From sequence record KY000079.2: a DNA stretch of 64,000 nucleotides; one strand, given 5' to 3'. The DNA comes from Acinetobacter phage AM24. Shown here one piece after another: positions 63,930 through 64,000 of this stretch. How positions within the stretch are numbered: the stretch's first letter is position 1; each line of letters opens with the position of its first letter. Made by a program: the position numbers and the translations under genes. The notes beneath the pieces are model-generated. The model saw only the letters and a list, made by a program, of their open reading frames with translations. It was not told the DNA's origin and made no database searches.

Positions 63930-64000
63930 GGAGTAGGGGTAGAGTAGTAATTAAAGTGTTAACTAGAGTAGCTATTAGAAATTATAAGTTTTAGGAGGAT

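Overview
The whole 64-kb window is bacteriophage DNA. It is dense, almost entirely coding, and I see no host genes, tRNAs or CRISPR arrays. It has roughly 38-40% GC and strong AGGAG-type ribosome-binding sites. The endolysin is a PG_binding_1 domain fused to a GH24 lysozyme, which suggests a Gram-negative host. The window has four blocks. (1) 1-21.6 kb, + strand: a virion module with a prohead protease-scaffold fusion, a putative major capsid protein, and a P2/Mu-like contractile-tail and baseplate set (sheath, tube plus two tube paralogs, a chaperone with a candidate -1 frameshift, tape measure, and gpD/V/W/J/I-like baseplate proteins). It ends with a collagen-like tail fiber and the endolysin. 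(2) 21.6-26.3 kb, - strand: class I ribonucleotide reductase genes nrdA and nrdB, with a LAGLIDADG intein in nrdA. (3) 26.3-47 kb, + strand: a T7-like replication and nucleotide-metabolism module. It starts after an AT-rich divergent control region with direct repeats. It encodes a primase-helicase, a family A DNA polymerase interrupted by a mini-intein, a gp2.5-like SSB, a FEN/5'-3' exonuclease, three HNH/AP2 endonucleases, a metallophosphoesterase, a ThyX-like protein and a PhoH ATPase interrupted by an intein. (4) 46-64 kb, + strand: dozens of small early-type genes. Most striking is a tandem expansion of at least 23 paralogous small proteins (60-190 aa) built from KOW/SH3-like VGDxVxV ... 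GDVAKVV ... NPNW repeats. Among them sit a dCMP deaminase, a MoxR/CobS-like AAA+ ATPase, a lipoprotein, and a beta-helix repeat protein. Several sigma70-type promoters share the extended -35 'AAAAGTnGTTGACA'. All calls come from reading the sequence, motifs and gene order. No database search was possible, so functional names are motif-based inferences.
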